Positions 28,202 through 37,455 of a stretch of 64,000 nucleotides of DNA are shown here, one piece after another. A program made the translations under genes and the position numbers. Each line of letters begins with the position of its first letter. Position 1 is the stretch's first letter. Source of the DNA: Ardenticatenia bacterium (GTDB lineage: Bacteria; Chloroflexota; Anaerolineae; 4572-78; NAK82); contig QEXY01000163.1 in NCBI GenBank assembly GCA_003130875.1, positions 2,136 to 66,135 of the forward strand, written 5' to 3'. The notes under the pieces were generated by a model, which was not told the origin of the DNA, did not search any database, and worked only from the letters and a program-made list of their open reading frames with translations.

Positions 28202-31075
28202 ATGAAAATCGAACGTTTTGGTTTGCGTTTTATCCCTGTTCTATTGCTCGTGTTCCTCGTGGGTTGTCAGGCGCTGCCGAACCCGTTAGGTGGTCATTCC
28301 ACTCCGACGCCTGAGCAACGTCTCAGCCTGTCGACCTGGCCGACGCCGCTGCCCAGCACGCCGACGGCAACGCCGACCCCCTTTCCCAAGGTCACCCTGC
28401 CACCCACTCCGACGCGTACCCTGCCATCGCGCATCACCCCAACCGCGGTGACAGAGACAACAGATCGGCAACTCTCTTTCTCGGGTAATCCACAAGAGCT
28501 GGTGGCGCAGGTGGTGGCGCTGAGCGGTGGTTTCACACCGACCGGCGCCGCCGTGGTCACGGGCAACGGAGTGCCTGTGCGTCAAGGGCCGGGTGAGGAT
28601 TATCCGACGCTGGGCTCTCCTCAAGCAGGCGAGATGGTTGCCGTGTTGGGCAAAAATCGCGATGGCACCTGGCTATATGTGCTGACGCAGCGCACCTTGC
28701 AGGGCTGGATGCCGGCCACAGCTTTGCGCGTGACTTTCTCGTTGGCTGAGCCACCTACACTGGAGGATCAGCCGCAACCGCCGAGCACGCCCCAGTCTGC
28801 GCTGAGCGAGTTGGTGAGCAAACTGTCGCCCGTTGCCTCAGGGGTGGTTATCGCGGATGGCATGGTGGCTCACCAGGGGCCAGGCAGCAACTATGCCCGC
28901 GCCGCCGAGATCGGCAAGGGCGAGCTGCTGGGCATCTTTGGCGTCAATGCCAACCGGGATTGGGCATACATTGTGACCATCTCCGGTGCACTGGGATGGG
29001 TGCCGGTGGACGGATTGCGCATCATTGGTTCGCTGGAGGGAGCACCTGTACTGCCGGCCAACCCGATTATGCGCCAGCCGGCGCAGCCCAAGGCAACTGC
29101 AGCACCTCAAGCTGCTGCGAGCCCGCTCTCGGTGGCCCAGCTCGCCGAAGTCGCGCAGGCAACGGTCAAAAGCGAACAGCTGAACATGCGTCAGGGACCG
29201 GGTCCGGACTATCGCGTGTTGAGGACATTGCAACGTGGAGACAAGCTATCGATACGGGCACTTAACCGGGCACGCGATTGGGCTTTAGTGGTGACAGGCG
29301 AGGGCAAGCCGGGCTGGGTCTATTTGGAATACCTGGATGTTACGGGCTCCCTGGAGAGTGCACCGGTCGTGCGCTCCGCAGCTCCATCGGATGCGCTGCC
29401 GGCGGATGACATTGCCCCCTTCACCGGGACAGCTGCGTCAGGGACAGGCGTTCCACTCCCTCAATCCAAACCGACCTCTGCGCCTGCGGCGAACCCTGGT
29501 GTTTCCAATACCACTGTCACATCTACCCCGTCTGTTGCTCTGCCTCTCCAGCTGCCCCTGGTGCCGGTGGGCACTGCCCGACCGGCGCGCGGAGAGGTGA
29601 CCCTCTACCGCGGGCCCGGAAGTGCGTATGCGCCTGTCGCAACCTTGTATCAGGATGACCAGGCCGCTGTGCTTGCCATGAGCCGTGACTCCAATGCGTG
29701 GCTGCTCCTGTTGCCCTCCAATAAGAGTCCAGGCTGGGCGATGCGCAGTGAACTGGTGATAGAGGGTAGCTGGGAGAGTGCTCCACAGGTGATGACCGCT
29801 TGGGTGGCAAGCAACGAGATTGCATTGCGCGAACAACCCGGCATCGCCTATCCGCGCAATGGCGTATTAACTATCAACACGCTGGTCATCGTGTTGGGTT
29901 TGGATAAAAGCCGAGGCTGGGCATTGGTGGCACCGTTGCAGGGCAGTGCAGCGGGTTGGGTGGGACTCCGCTTTCTCTCTCCAGGGGGCAGCTGGAGCGA
30001 CCTACCTGAGCTACCATCTGATGTGCTTCTCCGCACCTCTAAGGCTGCCCCACAGACGCAGGCTGCTGCGCCATCTTCTCAGCTGACTGAAAGCGGACGT
30101 GGGCTGCTGGCCATCCAGCTCTCCAGCGGTGGTGATATTGTGCTCATCAACGCCGACGGCAGTGGACTCCGTCGCCTGACGAGCGGCATCGATCCCGTCT
30201 TGTCACCAGATGGCAGCCAGGTGGCCTTCACCCGCTGGAACGGCGAGGATGGTTCCATATGGGTGATTAACGTGGATGGCTCCGGTGAACGCGCTATATT
30301 GGGCGCCACCAAGCAGGCCAAGCATCCGGCGTGGTCGCCTGACGGCAGCCGCATTGTGGTGAACTTCCAGCATGGTGGCCGCCTCGAGGAGAAAGAGGTG
30401 TGCAAGAACCTGATCGAGATAAAAATGCGTGACAAGATGCCCAACATCCCCTGGAATGTGGATCCGGACAGCATCAAGGTGAAAATCCGCAATCGAATGC
30501 CTTATTTGTGCTGGGTACTTCCGCCCGATCCCTATTGGGGGCTGCGCGTGGTGAATCTGGCGGACGGCAGCTATCAAGACCTGCCCAGTGATAACTATGC
30601 GTTTGGGCCGGAATGGGATCCAGCCAACAACTGGCGCATCGTGAGCAGTGGACAGGGCGGACTGGTGCAGCTGGATATCAACCGCCTGGAACAGTGGGCG
30701 TTGACCGACCGACGGGAGGACCGCACACCCGCTTTTTCTCCCGATGGACGCTATATCGCGGTGGCGTACCGCCAGAACGGTGGCTATGACATTTACCGGC
30801 TCAACGCGGATGGCAGCGGACGGGTACGCCTGACCCAGACCCCCTTGTGGGTTACGGCCATGCCGGAGGGAGGTAGACAATGGAACAACGTCTCACCAAC
30901 GTGGTCGCCCGACGGCTCCCAGATCGCATTTCTCACCGACCGCACCGGACGTTGGGAGGTCTGGGTGATGAACTGGGATGGTTCCAATCCGCATCCTATG
31001 TTCCCCCCGGAGGTCAACGACCAGCTGCCCATCCGCTATGATTTCGTGGACGAGCGTGTCATCAGCTGGCGGTAG
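28202..31075 (+). CDS. Lipoprotein with five SH3b domains and a C-terminal TolB/PD40 beta-propeller
   Basis: Lipobox LVGC; five repeats of the xRxGPG..Y...W...GW pattern; PD40 repeats (PVLSPDG, PAWSPDG, PAFSPDG, PTWSPDG). Confidence 0.85.
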   Translation: MKIERFGLRFIPVLLLVFLVGCQALPNPLGGHSTPTPEQRLSLSTWPTPLPSTPTATPTPFPKVTLPPTPTRTLPSRITPTAVTETTDRQLSFSGNPQELVAQVVALSGGFTPTGAAVVTGNGVPVRQGPGEDYPTLGSPQAGEMVAVLGKNRDGTWLYVLTQRTLQGWMPATALRVTFSLAEPPTLEDQPQPPSTPQSALSELVSKLSPVASGVVIADGMVAHQGPGSNYARAAEIGKGELLGIFGVNANRDWAYIVTISGALGWVPVDGLRIIGSLEGAPVLPANPIMRQPAQPKATAAPQAAASPLSVAQLAEVAQATVKSEQLNMRQGPGPDYRVLRTLQRGDKLSIRALNRARDWALVVTGEGKPGWVYLEYLDVTGSLESAPVVRSAAPSDALPADDIAPFTGTAASGTGVPLPQSKPTSAPAANPGVSNTTVTSTPSVALPLQLPLVPVGTARPARGEVTLYRGPGSAYAPVATLYQDDQAAVLAMSRDSNAWLLLLPSNKSPGWAMRSELVIEGSWESAPQVMTAWVASNEIALREQPGIAYPRNGVLTINTLVIVLGLDKSRGWALVAPLQGSAAGWVGLRFLSPGGSWSDLPELPSDVLLRTSKAAPQTQAAAPSSQLTESGRGLLAIQLSSGGDIVLINADGSGLRRLTSGIDPVLSPDGSQVAFTRWNGEDGSIWVINVDGSGERAILGATKQAKHPAWSPDGSRIVVNFQHGGRLEEKEVCKNLIEIKMRDKMPNIPWNVDPDSIKVKIRNRMPYLCWVLPPDPYWGLRVVNLADGSYQDLPSDNYAFGPEWDPANNWRIVSSGQGGLVQLDINRLEQWALTDRREDRTPAFSPDGRYIAVAYRQNGGYDIYRLNADGSGRVRLTQTPLWVTAMPEGGRQWNNVSPTWSPDGSQIAFLTDRTGRWEVWVMNWDGSNPHPMFPPEVNDQLPIRYDFVDERVISWR

Positions 31076-31188
31076 AAGCACAAAGGGCAGAAGTTGATGT
31101 ATAGCTGACAGATCCCATATGCCCTGCCAACTCCCTCCGGAGCGGTGACTTTGTGTCTACGCGCCGGGAGAATTCTTGAAGGCATACA

Positions 31189-32070
31189 ATGACCCAATCA
31201 ACCCTCTTCGATGAGAAAAACACCCTTATGAGCTGGCTGGTGGTAGCTCTAGGGATAAGTGTTTTTATAGTGGTAATCACCTTTGCCGTCAGCTCATTTC
31301 TGCCATATGGTGTTGATTGGCACGAGGCTTTTCGCCCCGCTGCTCTTGCTCTATTATCCGGCCGTTCTCCCTATGATATTGATAAATTCTACAACCCCCC
31401 TTGGGGATTGCTGCCACTTCTTCCGTTGGCTCTGCTGCCAGAGAACTTCGGACGCGGGCTTTTGTTTGCCATTTCGCTGCTCAGTCTCACCACGGTGGCA
31501 TATCGGCTGAAGGCGCGTCCAGTGGCGTTGGTAGCCTTCTTGTTGTCACCACCTGTCTTGCACGGCCTGTTGAACGCGAACATAGACTGTCTGGCCATGC
31601 TTGGTTTTGTCCTGCCACCCCAATTAGGGTTGCCCTTCGTTCTGATCAAACCTCAAGTTGGCATCGGAATGGCCATCTTCTGGCTTGCAGAGGCCTGGCG
31701 GGAAGGCAGGGTCAGAAAGGTGCTCCAAATCTTTTGGCCGACCCTTCTCCTCAGCGCTGCCTCCGTTGCTCTCTATGGATTATGGCCGCTTCGTTTCCAG
31801 GAGATCACCAACTATTCCAGAAACTTCAATGCTAGCTTGTGGCCGCTGAGCATATCGGTCGGCTTGGCGCTCTCCGCTCTCTCTATTTACAAGCGTAATC
31901 ACCGCTATGCAATGGCATCTGCGCCATTTCTGTCCCCACATGTAGTGTTTCATTCCTACGCCGGACCACTGGCAGCATTATTACCGGCGACCAGGTGGAT
32001 GATAATCGTGACAATCGCGCTGTGGATACTGGCACTGCTAAAAGTGCTGAACCTCTTTGGGGCTGAGTGA
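31189..32070 (+). CDS. Polytopic membrane protein, GT87/DUF2029-like glycosyltransferase
   Basis: Multi-TM protein with GRSPY...FYNPPW and IKPQVG motifs. Composition is more A/T-rich than its neighbours. Confidence 0.6.
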   Translation: MTQSTLFDEKNTLMSWLVVALGISVFIVVITFAVSSFLPYGVDWHEAFRPAALALLSGRSPYDIDKFYNPPWGLLPLLPLALLPENFGRGLLFAISLLSLTTVAYRLKARPVALVAFLLSPPVLHGLLNANIDCLAMLGFVLPPQLGLPFVLIKPQVGIGMAIFWLAEAWREGRVRKVLQIFWPTLLLSAASVALYGLWPLRFQEITNYSRNFNASLWPLSISVGLALSALSIYKRNHRYAMASAPFLSPHVVFHSYAGPLAALLPATRWMIIVTIALWILALLKVLNLFGAE

Positions 32071-32229
32071 CTCTTGGGATAGATCCTGGCTATCGTGCTA
32101 TTTTTGACATTCTAGACGGCAAGATCAATCGCGACCACCACGCGTTCCGTTTTTTTACAAACCGAGCAGGCTCGGGTTATGCGTCCTGCCTATCCCGGAT
32201 ATCGGATGCCCACAGAAGCTATCACTTCT

Positions 32230-33579
32230 CTAATTGAGCAGCCGGGCCAAGTCCTCCACACTGGTTGTGTTGCGCACGCGCAGGCGCTCCAGTTCGAACA
32301 GCCGGTCTGTGCCCTGATGGCGACCCGGCACGGTGGTCACCGCCGCCCAGAAGCCGGCCGATTCCAACACACGGATGGTCTGACGGTCATAGCTGCCCGA
32401 CGGATAGCAGAAGAAGCGCGCAATTTCCCCCGTGCGTGCCTCGATCGCTTCCTTGGCGCCGACGATCTCATAGATCAGAAAATCGATCGGCTTGCCCTTC
32501 AGGTCGAAGTGGCGATAGCCATGCGGCTGCATAGACATCCCCGCGCGATGCATTTCGGTGACCATCTCCCACGTCAGATAATTGGGGTCGCCGTCATCGA
32601 TGGGGCGCGTCACCAGGAAAAAGGTGCCCACATAGCCGTACTTCTGGAGTAAGGGGAAGGCGTTGGTATAATGGTCTCGATAGCCATCGTCAAAGGTGAG
32701 CACGATAGGCTTTTCGGGCAATGGCCAACCCGCCAGCAGGTGGAAGACGAGCGTGTGCAGCGTGATGCTCTGGTATCCCTGGCTGCGCAGCCAGGCGAGA
32801 TGCGCCTCGAAGTCCTCAGGCGCCAGCGAGAGGTCGCGTCGATAACGGTCGGCATCGGGCGGTGGTGCTGAGATGTAATGGTACATCAGGATGGGGACAT
32901 CAATCGTGCGCGCCACACCATCCGGCGTCGGCACAGGCAACACGCGGACGGTTACATGGGCGGTCACCGCACCGTCCTCGGTGCGCGCGGACAGAGTGAA
33001 AGCGGTCGTTTGCGTCAGGGTGAAGACCGCGCTGCCCGGCGCAACAATGCCCTCCTCCTTCCCATCGTGAAGCAGATACGCCTCGCGCGCATCGTGTAAG
33101 TCCCAACGCAGTGTCACCCGGTCGCCGGGATAGAGCGCCCAGCGGTCCGGTAAGAAGTAGTCAATCGTGGCCAGCCGTGGCGTGGGTGTGGGGGTGGCAG
33201 TAGCCGTCATAGTGGGAGTGGGCGTGGCTGTGGGGTTGCGAGTCGGGGTGGATGTCACGGTGGGCGTAGGCGAGGGCGCGAGGGTGGACGTGAACACTGG
33301 AATCGGTGTGCCCCACACAGGAGACGACATCGGTGGTGCCGGCAGCGAAGCCGCCGGAGTGATCAGCGCATCAGGCGGCAACGACGTGGAAATCCACACT
33401 GACACCGTGGCCGTCGGCGAGGCGGGAAGAATCGCAGCGGATTGCCTCTGCGCAGTGGATGTGTCCGCAGCAGAATGAGTGAGGGGCGAACCTAATTGCC
33501 CGACAAGCACGAGCGCGGCGCATGCGACTGGCAGAAGCCACAAGAGACGTGATGAGATTGTTTGACGGGCACTATACAT
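32230..33579 (-). CDS. Membrane-anchored polysaccharide deacetylase (CE4/NodB) with Thr/Pro linker
   Basis: N-terminal TM, TPT repeats, PILMYHYI, LTFDDGY, HGYRH and FCYPSG. Confidence 0.9.
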   Translation of the reverse strand: MYSARQTISSRLLWLLPVACAALVLVGQLGSPLTHSAADTSTAQRQSAAILPASPTATVSVWISTSLPPDALITPAASLPAPPMSSPVWGTPIPVFTSTLAPSPTPTVTSTPTRNPTATPTPTMTATATPTPTPRLATIDYFLPDRWALYPGDRVTLRWDLHDAREAYLLHDGKEEGIVAPGSAVFTLTQTTAFTLSARTEDGAVTAHVTVRVLPVPTPDGVARTIDVPILMYHYISAPPPDADRYRRDLSLAPEDFEAHLAWLRSQGYQSITLHTLVFHLLAGWPLPEKPIVLTFDDGYRDHYTNAFPLLQKYGYVGTFFLVTRPIDDGDPNYLTWEMVTEMHRAGMSMQPHGYRHFDLKGKPIDFLIYEIVGAKEAIEARTGEIARFFCYPSGSYDRQTIRVLESAGFWAAVTTVPGRHQGTDRLFELERLRVRNTTSVEDLARLLN

Positions 33580-33778
33580 CCATCTTCTACCTTTGTGTAC
33601 TGAGCTCTCATACACATTCCGAAAACCGCAACTATTTTTATTTCCAATCTCCACCCGCAGAGCTAAACCCCGGTGGACTGCTCGACCAATTCAGCCTCAG
33701 TCGACTGTTTCGCCAGCCGGAGGATTTATCCCGCGGTGCATCTCTTTGTATGCACCGACCGGATTGGCTCGTCCACCA

Positions 33779-34357
33779 TCACATCCTGTCTGAGGCATCG
33801 GAACGGTGATTTGCTGCGAAGCGGTGCAATGCACTCAGCTGTTCCGGGGTGAGCTTGACAAACGGGCGCACACGGCGGATCGCCTCGATCGCCTGGTCCA
33901 CGCTCATACCAGTGCTGACCAGATATGCGGCGGCCAGTGTGGGCGCCCGTCCCACTCCGCTCGCACAATGGACGTAGACGACACCCCCTTGAGCGACGAC
34001 ACGGTGGATGAATTCCACACCAGCGTGGAAGTGCTCCGGCGCCGGCGCGTGGTCGTCTGCAGTGGGCAGCCACAAGTACATATCCTCAGGCACACCATAA
34101 GTGCGGTCATCATGCTCCGCGCGCAGATTGACTGTGGCAGTGATTCCGTGCGCTGTCAGCCAATGCCAGCCGCCGGCGCGCATCTGCCCACCCACCCACA
34201 AATGGGGTGTGATGCGGCAGTAGCGTTCCACTTCGCGCCCCACCGTCCACATAAACAGGCGCGTCCACAGCCATGTCCCCGTGATGCGCCAGCCGTAGTG
34301 ACGCACGCGATACACGGCAATCGAAGCCGCCTTGGCCAGCAGACGCAATGGATGCAT
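33779..34357 (-). CDS. Dual-specificity (CX5R) phosphatase
   Basis: VYVHCASGVGRAPT P-loop, ITPHLWVGGQ and PTADD acid loop. Confidence 0.9.
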   Translation of the reverse strand: MHPLRLLAKAASIAVYRVRHYGWRITGTWLWTRLFMWTVGREVERYCRITPHLWVGGQMRAGGWHWLTAHGITATVNLRAEHDDRTYGVPEDMYLWLPTADDHAPAPEHFHAGVEFIHRVVAQGGVVYVHCASGVGRAPTLAAAYLVSTGMSVDQAIEAIRRVRPFVKLTPEQLSALHRFAANHRSDASDRM

Positions 34358-36556
34358 CTAGCTCCGTTCGTCCAGGGTGAAGTAATGCAAAGATGAGGGT
34401 GGCAATGCTTCGATGATCTGGCCATCCTGGAGCAACGCTGCCGCCACGCCGATGCGGTCGCCCAGGGAGATGCCTAACGCCTGGCAGGGCACGCGCACTT
34501 CCCAGACACGCTCCGTCGCCGCGCTTGCGACCGCCGCCTCCACTTCCAGCCAGCTGCCCCGTGGGCTGGCCGTCTTGAGCACCGCTCCGAAGCCGTGATG
34601 CAGATCGACGCGCCAGCTGGCGCCGAACGGTGTCTCCGGAGGTGCCCCTTCAGCAGGCAACCCAAAAGATGCCTCCGCACCCGAGGGCGGTTCGGGACGC
34701 AGGAACACGCTCACCTCATATGACCCTAAAGCCACCCAGGATTCCAACCGGAAGTACACAGACATGGGATTATAGCCGAAGTACAGTCGGCGCAACAACC
34801 CTCGCTCGCCACGCTGCATCGTGCCTGTCGAGGATGTGGCATCCAGAAAGCCGGCGCCTGACCACTCCAGACTCGCCTCCGCTCCGGCTTCGAGGTGCGG
34901 CGCGATGTAAGCGCTGATGGCACGATAGTCGCGCGGCTCGGCAGTGGAGCGGATCGGCTGCAACAGCCACGGCGGCACGGGTAACCCAATAATGCGATAA
35001 ACGCCTGCCAAATGTTCTCGGAAAGTCCGATCGAACAACGGCTCCTCGGTGCTCACGTTGTGGCTGTAATACCACCAGAACCAATCGCTACCCTCAGCGA
35101 TGTAAATCTGCCGCCAGGCCGCCTCCAGGACATCCAGGCCAGCGCCAGGGACGGCATTTTGCCACGCCATCAAGTCGCGCCGCACCTGTGCCAGCACCTC
35201 CCAAGCACGGTTCTGGTCCGCCTCACCGATCCAGGTCTCCAAGTTGCCGCGAATCCATGAGCCGGTGGCCAGCTGTGGCAGCGTCTCACGCGGCGCAAAC
35301 GCCTCCAGGTATTCGGAGACAGTTACTGTGCGCAGGTCTTCCGCCTCGCTCAATCCCCGATACAGGTGGTGTAAGAAGGGGTCGCCCTGTTCTGGATAGC
35401 TCTCCCAACAATTCTCGCCATCCAGGATGATTGCCACCAGATAGGGATGTTCTGGATCGTTCAGGCGCTCGCGGATGGTGCGCAGCCGTCCCAACAAGTC
35501 CTCCGCCGCGTCCTTGCCCGCCATGCTCTGATAGACGAACCCGATGCGGTCCGAAAGAATATGATCACGGAAGATGACCGTCAGCCCATCGACGCGGTAC
35601 GGCTGGTACAGTAGATGAGGGCGGATGACATGGCCGTAGGCATCGCGTTCGATTGAGGTGTTCAACGAACGCGCCAGGATGGCCTCGTCGGTGGCGAACC
35701 AGCGGATGCCATAGCGTTGGAGCAAAGGGAGCAGCTCGGGACACACTGCTCCTTCTGGCGGCCATAGGCCGCGCGGAGGCTGCTCGAAGGCAGCCCGGTG
35801 TGCTTCGACCGCCAGCCGCAGCTGTTCCAGGGCGTCTTCGACATGGCGAAAAGAGCAGTTCGGCAACACCAGCTGCGGACTGGCACGCCGTGCCGTCTCC
35901 AGGTCGATCAGGAGCGGCAAGATAGGATGGAAATAGGGCGAGGTGGTCAGTTCGATCTGCCCGCGCGCCTGCAGCTCGGCATATAGCGGCAGAACGCGCG
36001 CTATCCGTTCCCGTTGCTTCTCCAGGATCAGATCGATGTCGGCACGGGTGAAATTCTCACCCTTCTCGACCAGTGCTCGCAGTGCAGGATCGTTGCGCAG
36101 TGCCGTCGGGTCGATCCATACCAGGTTAAACCATGCCACCAGGTCGTAGTAATAGGCATCGCTGAAGAGATGGTGTCCGCCGCGCGCCTGATGACGCAGA
36201 TCGAGCAGCTGCTGGTAGCGCCGGTGCGGCCGGATGATGCGCTCCCAATTGGCGCTAAAGAAGAAGGCGAGCAAATAGGCCTTCTCCTCCTCACTCCAGT
36301 GGTCCTGTCGGCTCAGTGTCAGCGCATGATCTACCGCCTCGCCGCGCGCGTACTCCTGGAGCTGCTCCACCAGGCACGGCACGAAGTTGAAGGTCGCCTT
36401 GACGGATGGGTATTGACCGAGCACCTCGGCCATGTGCACGTACTCCTTCGCTCCGTGCAGACGTGCCCACGGCAGGATGTACTCGCCGCTGGCCGTATCC
36501 TTGTAGTACGGCTGATGCATGTGCCAGACGAATGCCACGTAGAGAGGATGTTGCAC
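34358..36556 (-). CDS. Glycoside hydrolase family 57 (amylopullulanase-like alpha-glucan enzyme)
   Basis: WHMHQPYY, HPILPLL, GLWPPEGAV, ILDGENCWE and AEGSDWFWWY (GH57 conserved regions). RBS AGGAGG. Confidence 0.93.
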   Translation of the reverse strand: MQHPLYVAFVWHMHQPYYKDTASGEYILPWARLHGAKEYVHMAEVLGQYPSVKATFNFVPCLVEQLQEYARGEAVDHALTLSRQDHWSEEEKAYLLAFFFSANWERIIRPHRRYQQLLDLRHQARGGHHLFSDAYYYDLVAWFNLVWIDPTALRNDPALRALVEKGENFTRADIDLILEKQRERIARVLPLYAELQARGQIELTTSPYFHPILPLLIDLETARRASPQLVLPNCSFRHVEDALEQLRLAVEAHRAAFEQPPRGLWPPEGAVCPELLPLLQRYGIRWFATDEAILARSLNTSIERDAYGHVIRPHLLYQPYRVDGLTVIFRDHILSDRIGFVYQSMAGKDAAEDLLGRLRTIRERLNDPEHPYLVAIILDGENCWESYPEQGDPFLHHLYRGLSEAEDLRTVTVSEYLEAFAPRETLPQLATGSWIRGNLETWIGEADQNRAWEVLAQVRRDLMAWQNAVPGAGLDVLEAAWRQIYIAEGSDWFWWYYSHNVSTEEPLFDRTFREHLAGVYRIIGLPVPPWLLQPIRSTAEPRDYRAISAYIAPHLEAGAEASLEWSGAGFLDATSSTGTMQRGERGLLRRLYFGYNPMSVYFRLESWVALGSYEVSVFLRPEPPSGAEASFGLPAEGAPPETPFGASWRVDLHHGFGAVLKTASPRGSWLEVEAAVASAATERVWEVRVPCQALGISLGDRIGVAAALLQDGQIIEALPPSSLHYFTLDERS

Positions 36557-36587
36557 GCGTGACCTGACCTCCTGGAAGAGAACGAGA

Positions 36588-36605
36588 GCGCAGAAACCTC
36601 TGCGC
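36588..36605 (-). terminator. Probable terminator or hairpin after cooC (end of the acs operon)
   Basis: GCGCAGA-aacc-TCTGCGC followed on the minus strand by pyrimidine-rich TCTCGTTCTCTT. Confidence 0.4.
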
Positions 36606-36636
36606 CCTCAATATATTCGCTGCGTTTTGACCGGTC

Positions 36637-37422
36637 TCAGGATGTTGCCATAGCTTGATCGAATGTGGCGGCAATCTGACGCGCTTCAGCTACCATCTCC
36701 GGCACCGCTTCGTAGATGGCGCGACCACGCTGATCCGCTTCCACCGCCTTGGGGTTGAAGGACAGGAAACCGATGACCGGCAGGTCGGGCAAACTTTCGC
36801 GGATGAAGGCACGGTCGGCCTCATCGCGCACCTTGTTGCCCACCACGAAGCAGCGGGTCACTCCGATGTCCTTGGCCAGACGATGGATCGTCTGCGCTGT
36901 GCTCAAGCTGCGCCGCCCTGGCTCCACCACGATGAGGAAGGCATCCACCGCGCTCGCTGTCGCCCGGCCGAGGTTCTCGATCCCGGCGTCCATATCCAGG
37001 ATCATCACCTCATTGCGGTAGAGGATGACGTAGGTGACCAGCGCCTTGAGCAGCGCGCTCTCCGGACAGATGCACCCACTACCACCCTTCGAGATGGTGC
37101 CCAGCTGCAGCAGGCGGATGCCCTGATATGTCACGCTGAAGCGATCCGGGATGTCGTCCACGCGCGGGTTAAGGGTGAAAAACCCGCCTGTCTCGCCGGG
37201 TCGAGCGCCAGTACGCTCGTAGATCAGGTCGTCCATCTCGGCGATGGGGTGCAGCTGCGCCAGTAGCTCCTCCGGAACGCCCAGCGCGTAGCCCAGGCTG
37301 GCCGCTGGATCGGCGTCGATCGCGATCACCGCATAGCCTGCCTGGGCATAGATATGGGCCAACAGGGCGGCCAGCGTCGTCTTGCCCACGCCCCCTTTGC
37401 CGGTCACCGCCAATTTGGGCAT
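36637..37422 (-). CDS. cooC: CODH/ACS nickel-insertion ATPase (CooC/AcsF)
   Basis: GKGGVGKTT, IDADP, GSGCICPE (CxC) and DMDAGIENLGR. Confidence 0.95.
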   Translation of the reverse strand: MPKLAVTGKGGVGKTTLAALLAHIYAQAGYAVIAIDADPAASLGYALGVPEELLAQLHPIAEMDDLIYERTGARPGETGGFFTLNPRVDDIPDRFSVTYQGIRLLQLGTISKGGSGCICPESALLKALVTYVILYRNEVMILDMDAGIENLGRATASAVDAFLIVVEPGRRSLSTAQTIHRLAKDIGVTRCFVVGNKVRDEADRAFIRESLPDLPVIGFLSFNPKAVEADQRGRAIYEAVPEMVAEARQIAATFDQAMATS

Positions 37423-37455
37423 CGCATACTCTCCCCAGCGCGCACCCAGTGCCGA

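Noticed and set aside
33160-33460. Repetitive GT/AC-rich DNA (also at 28330-28450)
   Set aside because: It encodes Thr/Pro linkers of secreted proteins and has no constant repeat-spacer structure, so it is not a CRISPR array.
33660-33760. Possible c-di-GMP-I riboswitch upstream of the polysaccharide deacetylase (GCGAAA tetraloop hairpin, CCTCCGG)
   Set aside because: The conserved GACGCAAAGC core and the element order are missing; only generic hairpins remain.
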